Below, piece by piece: positions 1 to 12,374 of a stretch of DNA of 64,000 nt. The stretch covers positions 28,348 through 92,347 of the forward strand of contig ADNK01001887.1 in the NCBI GenBank assembly GCA_000320545.1. Reading direction: 5' to 3'. Made by a program: the position numbers and the translations under genes. Position 1 is the first letter of the stretch. Each line of letters begins with the position of its first letter. The DNA comes from Bigelowiella natans CCMP2755. Its lineage: Eukaryota > Protista > Cercozoa. The notes below the pieces were generated by a model. The model had not been told where the DNA came from and did not search any database. It was given only the letters and a program-made list of their open reading frames with translations.

Positions 1-198
1 ATACAACGCATAGCCGCTCTGATCGATGCGCACTAGTCGCTCTGTCATAGTACACGCACATACACATCGATGTTAACACATGTACGACAGCAAACTAGCT
101 ATAGCTAGTCTCGAACGTTCTAGAAAACCATGCTAGCTAGCTATAGCATGCCCGCGCGCTGTTACATCTACGTGCCTAAGGTAGTGTGTGTACAGCAA

Positions 199-202
<4 letters not shown>

Positions 203-240
<38 letters not shown>

Positions 241-253
241 GTGTGTGTGTGTG
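203..253. repeat. Compound (CT)n-(GT)n microsatellite, representative of the many SSRs in the window
   Basis: Directly visible. Similar (CT/GA), (GT/CA), (AT), (CAT/GAT), (CAG), (TAG/CTA), (GAG) and (AAC) tracts of ~20-50 bp occur in most distal introns and many exons. Confidence 0.95.
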
Positions 254-385
254 TCGTGTGCTCGCGCATAACGCAGCGCATGCACGTGCAGTATGCAGTA
301 CGACTATCATCAATTTAGTCAATATTCATATCATTCCGTGCTTTCTGTTGATACGATGAAATGTGAACTCATCGCATCACCATTA

Positions 386-987
386 TCATTTTGCTTTGTT
401 CTCAGCCTCATCGGCTTTTTGGATTGCTGTCGTGTAATAGGTCCCGTAGTACTCCGAGTAGTACTCCGAGTAATACACAGAATAGTAGAGCTGGTAGTAC
501 CTGGTGAAAGGAAGCATGATCATAATGCTGAAGTCATATTAACGACGAGGACTAGAGGATGCTCTAAAGATGACCCAACGTGTATATATACGATCTCTCT
601 CAATTCTCACTGCAAAGATTAAGTTTAGAGCAAAAATGCATGCTTGCATGGCGATGTGTGTATTATTTTACATGTTTTCTGGTGACATCGAGCATTTAGA
701 ACATTGGCGTCCTTCCCAGTAGCACACCTTCCGGATAAAGCACCATCATCATCATCATCATCATCCTTCACCACCATGACGTCACCATCATCATCATCAT
801 CATCATCATCATCGTCATCGTTATAACCAAGATCACGGGAAGAATGTCGAAATATTCACGTCAAAAACCCACCTGGCACATGGCAGCCGCGGCAGGGCGA
901 CTAGCTTGGTGGTGGTATGTGAGCGTATGCGTTAGAGTCGGCACGATGGCCTGCGTGAGTGAGCGTGAAAGCCGAGCTGTCACTCCT

Positions 988-1021
<34 letters not shown>

Positions 1022-1925
1022 CCGCGACGATGGCGACAACAATATCATCATCATCACCATGTCAATCAAATCGATTCTTCTTCTTCTTCTTCTTCTTCTT
1101 CTTCTTCTTCCACATCTCTCAAAGGAATCGAGCGAGAGATGACGGTTGCTGTATCTATCTATACTCTATCTACAGCTCCTAGTCACTCACTGCTACTTCA
1201 TTCACCACCTATAGAAATAGTCCTTGCAAGTGTTGTACCAAGATGTGTTCCTGAGGAGGAAAAATGACTCAGCCCCACAGGAGGTGTCGCATCATCATCA
1301 ACCTACCTTTTGCTATACATGATGCATATTTGATGCTCTACTCTGCGATGACAACAGAGCATCATAAAGACTGGATTCGACTACTGGTGGTGGTGGTGAT
1401 GATGATGATGATGATGATGTTACCAAGATCCCTGGAGATACGATTCGTTAGGATTGGCGACAACGAACGCGATAACGGCTCAATAATGTCCCTCTGATTT
1501 TGATAGAATCGATGGCCACGATGATATGATTATGAAGGCGATGGAACGTCAAAGAAATAGCGCAAAAAAGAGTTGTTCTTTGCTAAGCAAGTTACGAAAC
1601 TCTGCTTCAAAATTCAAAAGTCACGCTATGAAATTGAATGACAAGTGATAAGACAAAAAAGGCATGGGTAGGATGTAACTAGATGAAGTAAGCACAACGC
1701 ACCGCGATATTCTCGGTGAGGTTCTTTTGGATCGATTTGGTGAGTTGTTTCGATAAGGGCTTGTAGATCAACTTTGGTAATTTCTGCTCAGCGATAACAT
1801 AAAACAAGTTTAACATCATCAAGGAGAACAAAATCACAGTGTCACACCGAGACCAAGTAATTGTAATGCTGCCTGTGTCAAAATCGAGCGATTCCTCTAT
1901 GCGCCTTCCCCCTCCTTTCTCTTTC

Positions 1926-1963
<38 letters not shown>

Positions 1964-3992
1964 TTTTTCTAGCAGTTGTCGCAGTACCTTCTTGATGTCT
2001 TTGGTGATTTTCGGCATTATGTGAGCTGCAATAGCTTGTGCGGAATCGTTGCCGATCTGAACATCAACGACATGGACAACAAAGACAAGAAAATGCACCA
2101 ATAGTCTTGAGTCTGATGGCCATAAATGCGCCACTATCACGCATAAAACGTATGCTTCAATTACGCTGGAAGAGAGACTCAAATCAATCCCTCCTCCACC
2201 GCAAGTTGCCGTTTTATCGAAACGAGTACAGGCAAAATGCTGATGACAACAACTGCCACTGCTACGACGACTACCACAACCCAGCGAAGTGAGTGAAGAA
2301 CACAAGAACTGTGATTTCGATGAAAGGAAGTTGTAAACTGCTAATGCTTACTACCTCTGCTATCCCAGCTCCGGTTATATAGTCAATGAATGTCCGAAGC
2401 ATATCCGTCGCCCAGAAATTCAATATCTAACCGGGTGGAGGGGGTGAGGGGGGATGATTTAGTGTCACCACATCACCACTTAGCTGGCTTTCGCGTGAAA
2501 ACTAACTAAATGAGTAACATTATTGATTCTTGCTGTTTGTAGTGTTGTTACCACGTCCGTCGCGGCACAGACGATAGGAGGATCAGCCCACAGAAAGATT
2601 GGATCTCGCAAAAGCGTAGATAATCCGCTCTCACTCTCCAGAAAGCTACTTCTCGAGGAAGAAGAAGGACCCGTTTTCTTTCGGTATTTGTGCTTCTTCT
2701 GGGCCTCTTCTTCTTCTTCCTCCTTATTAGAAGCTATGTTCCAAGAATACGAATCTGCTGTCGACCGTTTCTCCCCTTGTAAAGTCAAAATCTCACTTTC
2801 GGGGTGTGACTCGCTCAGTTTAGTAATTTTCAGGCTGGAATCCCTGGAAGTCTTGCTAATTGCATGGGAGCTGGCTGCTCCGTTATGGCGTCGTTGTTGC
2901 CGACTAAGGGCTGATGTTTGACTGAGAAAAAGAGTGCACGAACCTGCCTCGAGTGAGACGCGGAGCCGCTGCATATCTATTATTGTATCGTTGCTACTAC
3001 TACTACTACTGCTACTACTACTACTACTACTACTCGGATCTCTTCTACTGCTGGGTTTGTTAATGTTGTTGCTGCTGCTTCTTCTTCTCTCGTAGCTATT
3101 ATCATCCACATCGTGTTGATTGGAGGAGCCTTCTTCATCAGAGGAACAATCCTTCCCGATGCTAGCTAGAACGAGTCGGATATCGCTGCTCCTACTACTG
3201 CTTCTACCCCGAAAGGCAAAATTGTCGCCACCATCTAGGTTATGCTTCCGTTGATCTTCGGAGTTGTGAAGGCTGCCGGGTGCGGATTGGTGAAATCTTT
3301 TTGCTACTACTGCATGCAGCCAGGTTGGATACAACTGGCGAGGGTGATGGTAGACTTGATGATGTGGAGGATTAATCAAAGTCCACGAACAACCCCTTCT
3401 CTGCTGCTCTGATAACAATACTGACGGTCTTTGTAGAGGTATTTCCCTGTGACCATCTGGGAAAATAGCATCAAATTTGCATTTTTACACCGATGTTGAG
3501 GTACAAGTTTGCATTCACTTAACTGGGCATAAGTGCATATCCATGTGCAAAGAATTTTTACCGCATTCTAGCCTCCAGCCTTCCATCGTTGCGTTTCCAT
3601 CGTCTCTTCCACGAGTACTACTCTTGCTCTCATCTAGGGCGCGAAAATGCTCACTCATACCCCTCACCGCGCTTAAAGCCGATGTAGTGTTTGGGAACAT
3701 TACATCGAACACTGCTACTCTCGACACCACCCTATCACTCTGAGAAGTTGAAGGAGGAAGAGGAGGAAGAGGAGGAGGACGAAGAGGAATTAAGTCCGAA
3801 GTGTGCACAAAAACAGTGGCGATGTTTATTAGAAATTAAGATGACCGATCGTATTTTCCACCATCGATATTTAGCTTCCAATGCTCCACTGCCGTACTCC
3901 TCCTGTTCCACAGTTGTTAATGGCGCGGCTGCAAAAAGTCCCACACCCACCAGGGAGAGAAGAGCGCGGAAGCCATCGCTCTTCGGGCCCAT
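386..3992 (-). CDS. Multi-exon hypothetical secreted protein: signal-peptide-like N-terminus, Ser-rich middle, C-terminal CxxC-x6-CxxC plus YYxx repeat tail
   Basis: Manual splicing at GT-AG junctions gives MGPKSDGFRALLSLVGVGLFAAA (ATG 3992) ...KIRS|SDRVVSRVAVF...LEC|DGHREIP... (continuing into ORF 2480-3418) ...ILNFWATDMLRTFIDYITGAGIAE...RDIIEPLSRSLSPILTNRISRDL...GVTARLSRSLTQAIVPTLTHTLTY...MCQ|VCYWEGRQCSKCSMSPENM|YYQLYYSVYYSEYYSEYYGTYYTTAIQKADEAENKAK* (TGA 386-388). Internal exon boundaries between 1100 and 2430 are approximate. Confidence 0.7.
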
Positions 3993-4508
3993 TGATCTCG
4001 GTGAAGCAGTGGATTTGAAAATTTGAACACTGAATTTGTACAAATTTGGATGATTGGCATTGCGACAAGCTTTTGAAATGAATCCTTTGCATTTCAAGAC
4101 TGCGACAACCTTCACAACCCTAAAACATCAAAATGCTACGGCTGCAGCCAATCTCCACCACGAATTTCTTCGCAAATTTTGATAAAATAGTAGTCATTTT
4201 CATACCTGCGACAATGTCACAAGATATGTCTCAGCAGTCGAAGGGAACGTCTCTAATTGTTCACGTAGCCGGTGTCTCGATCACGTTGTCTGGTTCAATC
4301 CTAGGCCAGTAGGGTCAGTCCAATATGGTCAGAAATTTGAGCTGTATTTGACGTAAATATATCGATATTTTCTTTTTTTTGAGAGTCAAATTAGCGGTTT
4401 GCTTCTGTACACTATCCTCCTGTCTTCGATATTTTTCGTGAAAATATTGGATTACGTCGTTCACGTTCCCCGAATTACCCGTCCCCTCTGCCCACTCAAT
4501 AAGACAGA
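3993..4508. promoter_or_regulatory. Short divergent intergenic region (putative bidirectional promoter) between the hypothetical gene and fibrillin
   Basis: Head-to-head ATGs about 516 bp apart, with no microsatellites. No specific promoter motif identified. Confidence 0.45.
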
Positions 4509-5929
4509 ATGATGAGAAAGGGCAGCAGCCTTTCGTTCCTAGCAACCATTGTGGTTGTTGCTTGCATCTGTAGTCTCGTCGTCGTTATCTGTGGCCAGCG
4601 CGACACCTCTCCCCGTGTTGGCACTTCTCTCATCAGGGCAAATGGCCTCCGGTATCGATTCTTTTTCTACCGTATTCTAGAGTTACCCCCCTTCACACCT
4701 GGGCACGTGATCAACATCTTTGAATGTCATCTTACTGTTCATTGTATAAAGAGAAAACACAGTCTACTGGCAACAGTCCTTGATCGTTTGTGTGTATGAA
4801 CTTTGCCATTTCTCAACCAACTAGCCAAAACCCGTGCACGACAGCACCACGATTCCAGAGCCTGAACTTTGCTACACCTCGGGGGGTGTTCCATCCTCGC
4901 GCCAGCATGGACGACGAGAATAGGGAGGCATACAAACAGGTTGTGGAAAAATGTTAACACGACGATATTCGACTTCTGCTGCAGCGCCCTCTGTACGGCT
5001 GTGGCACGCGAACCTCCACTACTGACAATTTAACCATATCCACCACCAATTCTCATCCTGCACGTTGAAACCGTTGCTTGATCCGACTGTTGGTCCTAAA
5101 TGGAACTACTATATGCTGACAGGTTGTCATGGAGTACGTCAAGGATGGGATTGCGTCTGAGTCGGTTGGCGCTTGGCGCAACGACATTAACGAGATGCTC
5201 TACCGGTAACTAGCACCATATTACAGCGGTTTAATTCGGACGATGGCTAGCCTCTTTTCCAACATGTTTACGAATTACCATTATATATAGTCTGGAGCCA
5301 CTGAATCCTACTGAAGAGCCAGCCTACTCCAAATTGCTTCAGGGTAAACTACTTGCAGCTCAAATATCGGTGCTGCTGTATGAACATAGAATTAGCACAG
5401 ACCTGGGATTTGCGACTGCGGGCACATCTAATAGTAGTAACGTGGGCATATTTTGAGACAAAATTTGTGTGTGTTGCATTTCCCCTCCTCCCTCCTTCAC
5501 TCTCATGCCCACCGCTGCCCTTGCGAACTTAATGTTGTTAGGCGAGTGGGAGTTCAAGTTTGCTGGAAGCATGGGACAGGGTAACATACAGGGCGATGAT
5601 GATCATAATAGGCGACTTAGAATCTTGAACAGAGCTTTTTATCGTCGTCATCGTTCTGCTTCTGAAACAACTGTTTGGTGAAGGACTTACACTGCTTTAT
5701 GATACTGAGTGCCATTTCTTCGTTTCTAGGAATTCTTGCCTCTCCGACCCGAGAAATTGCTCTCTTACTGTAAGATAAAATGGGTGGGGGAGGGACCAGA
5801 GTGAGGGGAAGATATTGAAAGAGAGAACTAGATGTGTCAATCGTAGCAAGCATCAACATACGTATGTGTTGCTGTACACTAATAAAAACAGAGAACGATG
5901 TATCCTATGCACACACAAACACACACAAT

Positions 5930-5968
<39 letters not shown>

Positions 5969-6744
5969 CTAAATACTTTTCCTTCTCCTCTTTACCTCTT
6001 CAAATAGCTACGCTGGGGGATATACGCCTGGTCGATTCGGGCTCGATGTTGCTAGTAGACTGCCAAATGTCGATAACACACCAACCATCCATCACACTTA
6101 CAATTTCGTCTCCATCATCCTCCTTCATGAGATGTGAGACAAATACGATTGGAATCATGGATATTTGCTATTTTGTTGTTTCTTCATCTTCATCTTCTTC
6201 ATCTTCTTCTTCTTCCTTTTCCCCAGTGCCTGTTTCCCAACGACGCCTATGATATATGACCAGAGCATGTGTGTTGATACTATAGAATGTGATTGACGTC
6301 AAGTCCGTCACCTTGAGCGTCACTGACCGTGCTCCTACTGGAAAGATCACGGCCAAGCTCGGACTCCCAGGTGGTGGCGATGACAGCACGCATAAATAAC
6401 ACATTTCACATCACATCGTTGGGGTTTGTATCATTGTAAAACAAAAGAGGGACACCAGGTCATGCGACATCGGCATCGATTCTGCTGGAGATCATCGGCT
6501 TGTTCATCGATGAAACAATAATCCCTCCGGGGAAAATCTGCATATGTTATTATCGTTGTTGTTGGTGTCGTATGTATTAATGAAAAAACTCCTCCTCCTC
6601 CTCCTCCTCCTCCTCCTCCTCCACCCCCCTCGGTTGTTACTACTATTTTTGCCATCAAAGGTAATCGGGAGGTAGAGCTAGGATTGACTACAAATCTTGA
6701 GCCAGAAAGCGATTTCACAATGTCGGAAACTTATCAGGTATATA

Positions 6745-6796
<52 letters not shown>

Positions 6797-7414
6797 GTGT
6801 GTGTGTGTGTGTGTAAGGGGAAAAGGGGCAGTGATCGATGAGCAGAATACCATAAACTACATGCATAAAATATGCACCACCAATTCACTCCCTTTCAATA
6901 TTCTGATCATCATCGTCATCATTATCATCATCATCATCCTCCTCCTCCTCAGGGCCTGAGTGCGGTAGGCCGCTCCTTTGAGCTTCCGAGCCAGCTGCAG
7001 AGCAAGCGTCGTTTTTACATTCGCTACCTTGATGATGATCTAATGGTGGTGAGGGACGACACAGGAGTAGCTGGTAGTACTGACTAGTATTGTAATAGCA
7101 TGGCCAGATATCACAACCAGTATTTGGACTTACCACTTAACTGTGCCTTATTTCTCACTTCGACTTCTCGCTTTTACTTTCAATCCTTCCTTTCTCCTTC
7201 CAACCTTTTCATCCTCCTCCTCCTCCTCCTTCACTTCCTCTTTGCGCGTGTAGACGTCCTTGTGAAGAAGCCCATTGAGACGATACCGGTTGAGCCAGCA
7301 GACGCTGCTGCAACAACCCCAGAGGAACCGGCCAAGGACACGATGATGACTTTTGACACGGAGGCGACAGCAGCAGCCTCAACGGACAAGAAGGAGGAGG
7401 AGGGTAGTGAATAA
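4509..7414 (+). CDS. Plastid lipid-associated protein / fibrillin (PAP_fibrillin), plastid-targeted, multi-exon
   Basis: Hydrophobic leader MMRKGSSLSFLATIVVVACICSLVVVICG. Spliced exons read NDINEMLYR|LEPLNPTEEPAYSKLLQG|EWEFKFAG (fibrillin LExLNPT...L.G.W motif) and RRFYIRYLDDDLMVVRDDTGVA|DVLVKK (fibrillin C-terminal YLD.DL...R motif), then an acidic tail to the stop at 7414. Confidence 0.85.
6739..6814. repeat. Compound (AT)n-(GT)n intronic microsatellite
   Basis: Directly visible, starting right at an intron donor (CAG|gtatatat...). Confidence 0.95.
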
Positions 7415-8284
7415 GCTGCGAGAAAGAATAAGCACCGTACCCGACGATGCTACTCCAAAAGGAAAACGAAGCAAAAACTCTACTTCGATATCGAGCCGTT
7501 GCTTGAGCATTATTGTTGACATTTATATGCTTCATCCGCTGCAGCAGTCGAATCCTGCCCTCACGACATACTTGCTTACATGCACTAGGGGTGGGTATTT
7601 AACCGGCGGATGGCAGTAGCATTTTGTTACTTTCGTTAGTAGCTCTTGATTGCCTACCTTCCCTTCGATGTACGTATCGTAGCAACTGCCCTGCAAGTAT
7701 GTGCATGACTAAAATGTAATTACGACATAAATAACAAAGCTTTGAATCATTATAATATTAAGGCAGCTAAGAGACTATCCTAATGCAACTTGTGCAAGGC
7801 CCATTCTTGCTTTAAGCACAGCGTGCATGGCTATTCATGCTAGCATGTAGCTAAGATTTACACTTTTGTGATCTTGCAATCCGACACTGTCTAGATGTTG
7901 GCGAGCCGCGCGGCTATAATGCATTGCTATGCTTGCGCTATCATCGGATCATAAAATAAAAATATGTGTCCATCGTACATGCATATATAGACATGGCTAG
8001 ATGGGCCCATGAAAATTTGCATGTTTTGCTTTTGAGCGCAAACTATAGTATTCTCTGTGTATATACATACTTATAGACGAACGCATAATCCATGTCGCAA
8101 TCAGACTGGCATACCTAGACATATTTGGTTTCTTATGTTATAAATGACATTCAGCAGCGTTCTCAAACTACCATGCTGTGCCAGATATATATATGCTACC
8201 AGATGACACCATACAGCTGGCCACGCACATATTGCTACAAACTTTTTGTTGTTTTTCCTCTAATGAGATACCTGCTTATTTTCT

Positions 8285-8996
8285 CTACGGGTATATTACT
8301 ACTGCTACTGCTAAATTACATGAGGTAAGTTTTAAGGGATGATGAGGGAAGGTTGGGGGAGGGGGGGGAGACGGGGAGGAGGCGTATGGGAATAGTGTTG
8401 TTGTAGTTGTTGTAGTAGTAGTAGTTGTTGTTGAAATGAACAGCTCTTGGCGGCCATTATCGTATGCTAATTCAGTGGTAATGGGAATCATCCTCCTCCA
8501 CCTCCTCATCATCCTCCTCCTTTCTTGGAACTATAACGTGCTCCTTTTTTTCCCTAGGGATTGTTACCGGGAGGAGGAGGAGGAGGAGGAGGGGGAGTTG
8601 CAGGTGCAGCATGTGCGGCTGGGGCTGCGGGAGCGGTACCAGCAGCACCAGGCACAGGAGGGACTGGAGGAGGTGTCGCACCAACCTGTACAGAGTATCA
8701 TCGTATGAACATCAATCATCATCAAGAAGAAGAAGAAGAAGAAGGAGAAGAAATCGCTCTTTTCTTAATAGGGATGAGAATAAGAAACAGATTCAAGGGG
8801 GATGGGTGGGAGGAATGAAATAAGCCGGGGGGGAGGGGGGGGGTGGGGGGGAAAGGCCACCGTGGGGTTGGGCGTAGGCTGCGGCGTTGGCTTCTGGAAC
8901 GGATTCGTGGCTGATGATGATGCGAAAGAAGAGAGGAAGTGAGTTTGTTAAAATAATGGGACTTCAATGATGCAGCATAACATGATTGGTGTAGTT

Positions 8997-9037
<41 letters not shown>

Positions 9038-9278
9038 CTTTTGCTGTCCTTCTCCCCCTTGCCCCTCCCCTTCCTCCTCCTCCTCCTCGTCGATCAACAT
9101 GGTATGGTTATCATTATGTATACACAGGCGGAGTAGAAGTAGTAGTAGGAGTACCCGATGCAATTCCATGACAACAAGGAATGGGGTTTTGCGTGCAGCA
9201 TCCACCAGGTATGGAGCAACAGCTGTCGAGTTGTAAATATAAATATATATATTCGTTACATGTGATGATGTGCTTGGC

Positions 9279-9311
<33 letters not shown>

Positions 9312-9911
9312 CATACAAACACGCAGTTGGCACCACCAAACGACTCGGTAACATAGCGACGACAACAAAAAAAAGATGCTGCTATGAAGGGATGATACGC
9401 GTTAAGTAAGCTAATCTAATGTGTGTGTGCAGGTGTATTGCTGTTGTTGATTAAATAATCACCTCCAAGGCGCCCCGTGGAAGTCGATCGAGCATAACGG
9501 CGCACTGCAGCATATCACATGACGCACATTCACGTTCTCAGCACACCATAAACAGGGAACAGCTGCTTGCGTGCAGTGAAAGCAGTCACCCCAACTAGCT
9601 ACAAGCTCCTACTTGACTACAATTGTTGGCCCTTGAGCTGCTATTTTTTTGCTGCTGTCCTTGCTGTTGTTACTATTAATATATTGTGTTTTATACTACC
9701 CCTGGCACTGCCAGCTTGCAGCGTTGAGCTTATCTTTCGGAGCGGGTATCTTGTCGCCGCCAGGCTGTGTCGCGGCGAACCTAATGATGATGAAGCAAAC
9801 AAACACAACAACCGTTAGATTTCAAGTAGTTGGTTGGTTCGGAATCAGCGGGGATAGCAAGAGCAGGAGAGGGAGGAGGAAGAAGACTGAATGAGGGGAG
9901 GAAGAAGAAAT

Positions 9912-9953
<42 letters not shown>

Positions 9954-10720
9954 GAGGGGGGAAATTAACTACTTAAACTACTTTTCCATTTTTCTCTTTC
10001 TTTTTCTGCTTATTACTTCTTCTCTCTACAGCTACTTACTGTTATTATTATTATTATAATTATTATTATTATTATTATTATTACCAAAGAGCATTGGTGA
10101 GGGAGAGACCATTGTCGAGCTCATCCACCTGCTGCACCTTCTCAAAGGCCTCCGTTGGGTTAAGAATAGCCAGAGCCATGTACACGAGCGATCTAACAGT
10201 ATAGGAGGAATTGATTCAGAGAGATGGATTTCAGCGGCAGTGATTGTTGTTTTTGTTGTTGTTGTTGTTGGTGGTGGTGCTGCCGTTAACGGCTTTTAAC
10301 TACTTCCATGCTTCCAATATGGGCGGATTGGCTCTTGTCAGCGACTTGGATAAAACCTGCGATGAGGAGAAGAGAAAGGGAAAGAGGGGAGGGGGGAGAG
10401 GGGAGGGAACGAAAGAAATAGAACTTAATACGGATCGTATACCTCGCTCAATGAATCAACGTACACTGCATCGAAGACACTATGACTCTACCCGCCACCA
10501 CAACAACAACAACACCAACTACTACTACTACTACAAGAAACTACTGCTACATGTCCTAGTGCTATTATCACTACCTCGTACTGCTGCTTGACGTATGCCT
10601 TTGGAAACAGCAGGTTGGTGGCGGGAGTGAAAGGCATCATATTGACACAGTGGATGTATTCGGGTAAGTCACCGAACCATGTGAAGTACGATGCCTAAAA
10701 CCATTATGTATAAACGTGTG

Positions 10721-10762
<42 letters not shown>

Positions 10763-11558
10763 GAAGAATGTGCGTGTGGGAACGACTAAAAGATACAAAT
10801 CCATGGCGCACATTACTCACCTTCGTTGAAGAGACGATTCCAACCATTTTATGCTGCTTGAAGTCCTCATTGTACACATGACTCCATGAAGGCATGTGCC
10901 AGTACCTCTGAGCAGCCTCCATCTCCATTCCCCAAAGCAACCGTCCCCACCCCTCGATGTTCCTGTCGCCCAGCGCCTTACCGAGAAGGGCGACGGAGTA
11001 GTACGCGTTCACCTAAGGGGGGAGGGATTGAGAGGGGAGAGGAGGAGGAGGAGGAAGGAATGAAGAAGAGTCGTAAATACATCGATTAGGTATAAGAAGA
11101 TCATGGTGACCTCCAAGAGTATATTCTAACCTCTAATATATGTATATATATATATATATATATATTTATTTATTTTAACAATATGTATGATATATTATGA
11201 AAGAGCGATATTTATTCGTGTGTAGGGTGCGCAGTGCGTCCACTAATTCTATACCGCTTCTGAAGAGGATTCCTGCGACTTGGAGTCGTCCATGACAAAC
11301 AGCCCTGATGCCCATGAATGGAAGTCCCAGAAATCCTACAGACATTTAATAATAATATGTATGTGAGTAAGGAGCGACAAAGAGAGGCGGATAATATACA
11401 CGATGGCACGAGAACAGCCCCGTTAGTTGGTTTTCGTCTTTTCCGAAGTTGCATTTAGTGACATCACTGCTTTCCTCGTGCTCACTTATAGTATTTTAAA
11501 TAGTAGTCCTCCTCCTCCTCCTCCTCCTCCTCCTTCTCTAGCGTATACTACCACTTCG

Positions 11559-11590
<32 letters not shown>

Positions 11591-11791
11591 GACTACTGCC
11601 ACTACTGCAAGGATAGGGATGACCTTGTGTCTCGCAACAGGAAACATAGGATCGCTGCCGCTGGCAGCAGTAGTAGCGAAGTTGTCGCTGAGAAGTAGAA
11701 CCAAATCAAACCGAACAACACTTGTGAATTGAGCCATTATTTCTTCATAGCGGAGGTATGTTCTTCGACGTATACTGCAAGAATGCTGCGA

Positions 11792-11826
<35 letters not shown>

Positions 11827-12199
11827 GTAGCGATAATGGAGCAGCACCTTAGCCCTGAAGTAGGATCGCTGGTACTAGCAGGGTGGGGGTTGGCGTAATC
11901 TGCTGCTATTTGGCGGATCTTGTCACCGTACTCGGAGTTGAAGTTCTTGTAGCTAGCAATGTAAAACCATTTGGGAGAAAGAGAAAGAGAGAGAATATGA
12001 TTTTCATGGCGAAGCCGACGTAGCTGCTACTTAGAGATATGAGTTATTGTCGTACTCGTATTTGATGAGAACTGCTGCAGCATAGATGAGGTAACCGTAC
12101 TGAAAATGGTGATCATTGTACCATCTGTATAAGAACGGGAGAGGGGTGGGGGGAACAATTGCAATTGTTGGATTATTGTCAGCTACATTCCATCCCCTC

Positions 12200-12237
<38 letters not shown>

Positions 12238-12337
12238 TATACATATACACACATCCATCCAACCTACTTCAGAAGGTGTGATTATTGTGATAACGAAGTA
12301 TATTTTTTCCTTTAGCATCATGGATCACCCATTCGTG

Positions 12338-12374
<37 letters not shown>

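Noticed and set aside
445-475. Tandem 12-bp direct repeat (gtactccgagta x2) that could suggest a CRISPR-like or regulatory repeat
   Set aside because: It is the coding YYSE-YYSE repeat of the minus-strand gene, and it has no spacers.
4265-4310. tRNA-like T-arm / B-box (TCTGG-TTCAATC-CTAGG)
   Set aside because: No matching acceptor stem or anticodon arm, and the A-box-like word is only ~26 nt upstream. Not supportable as a tRNA or SINE.
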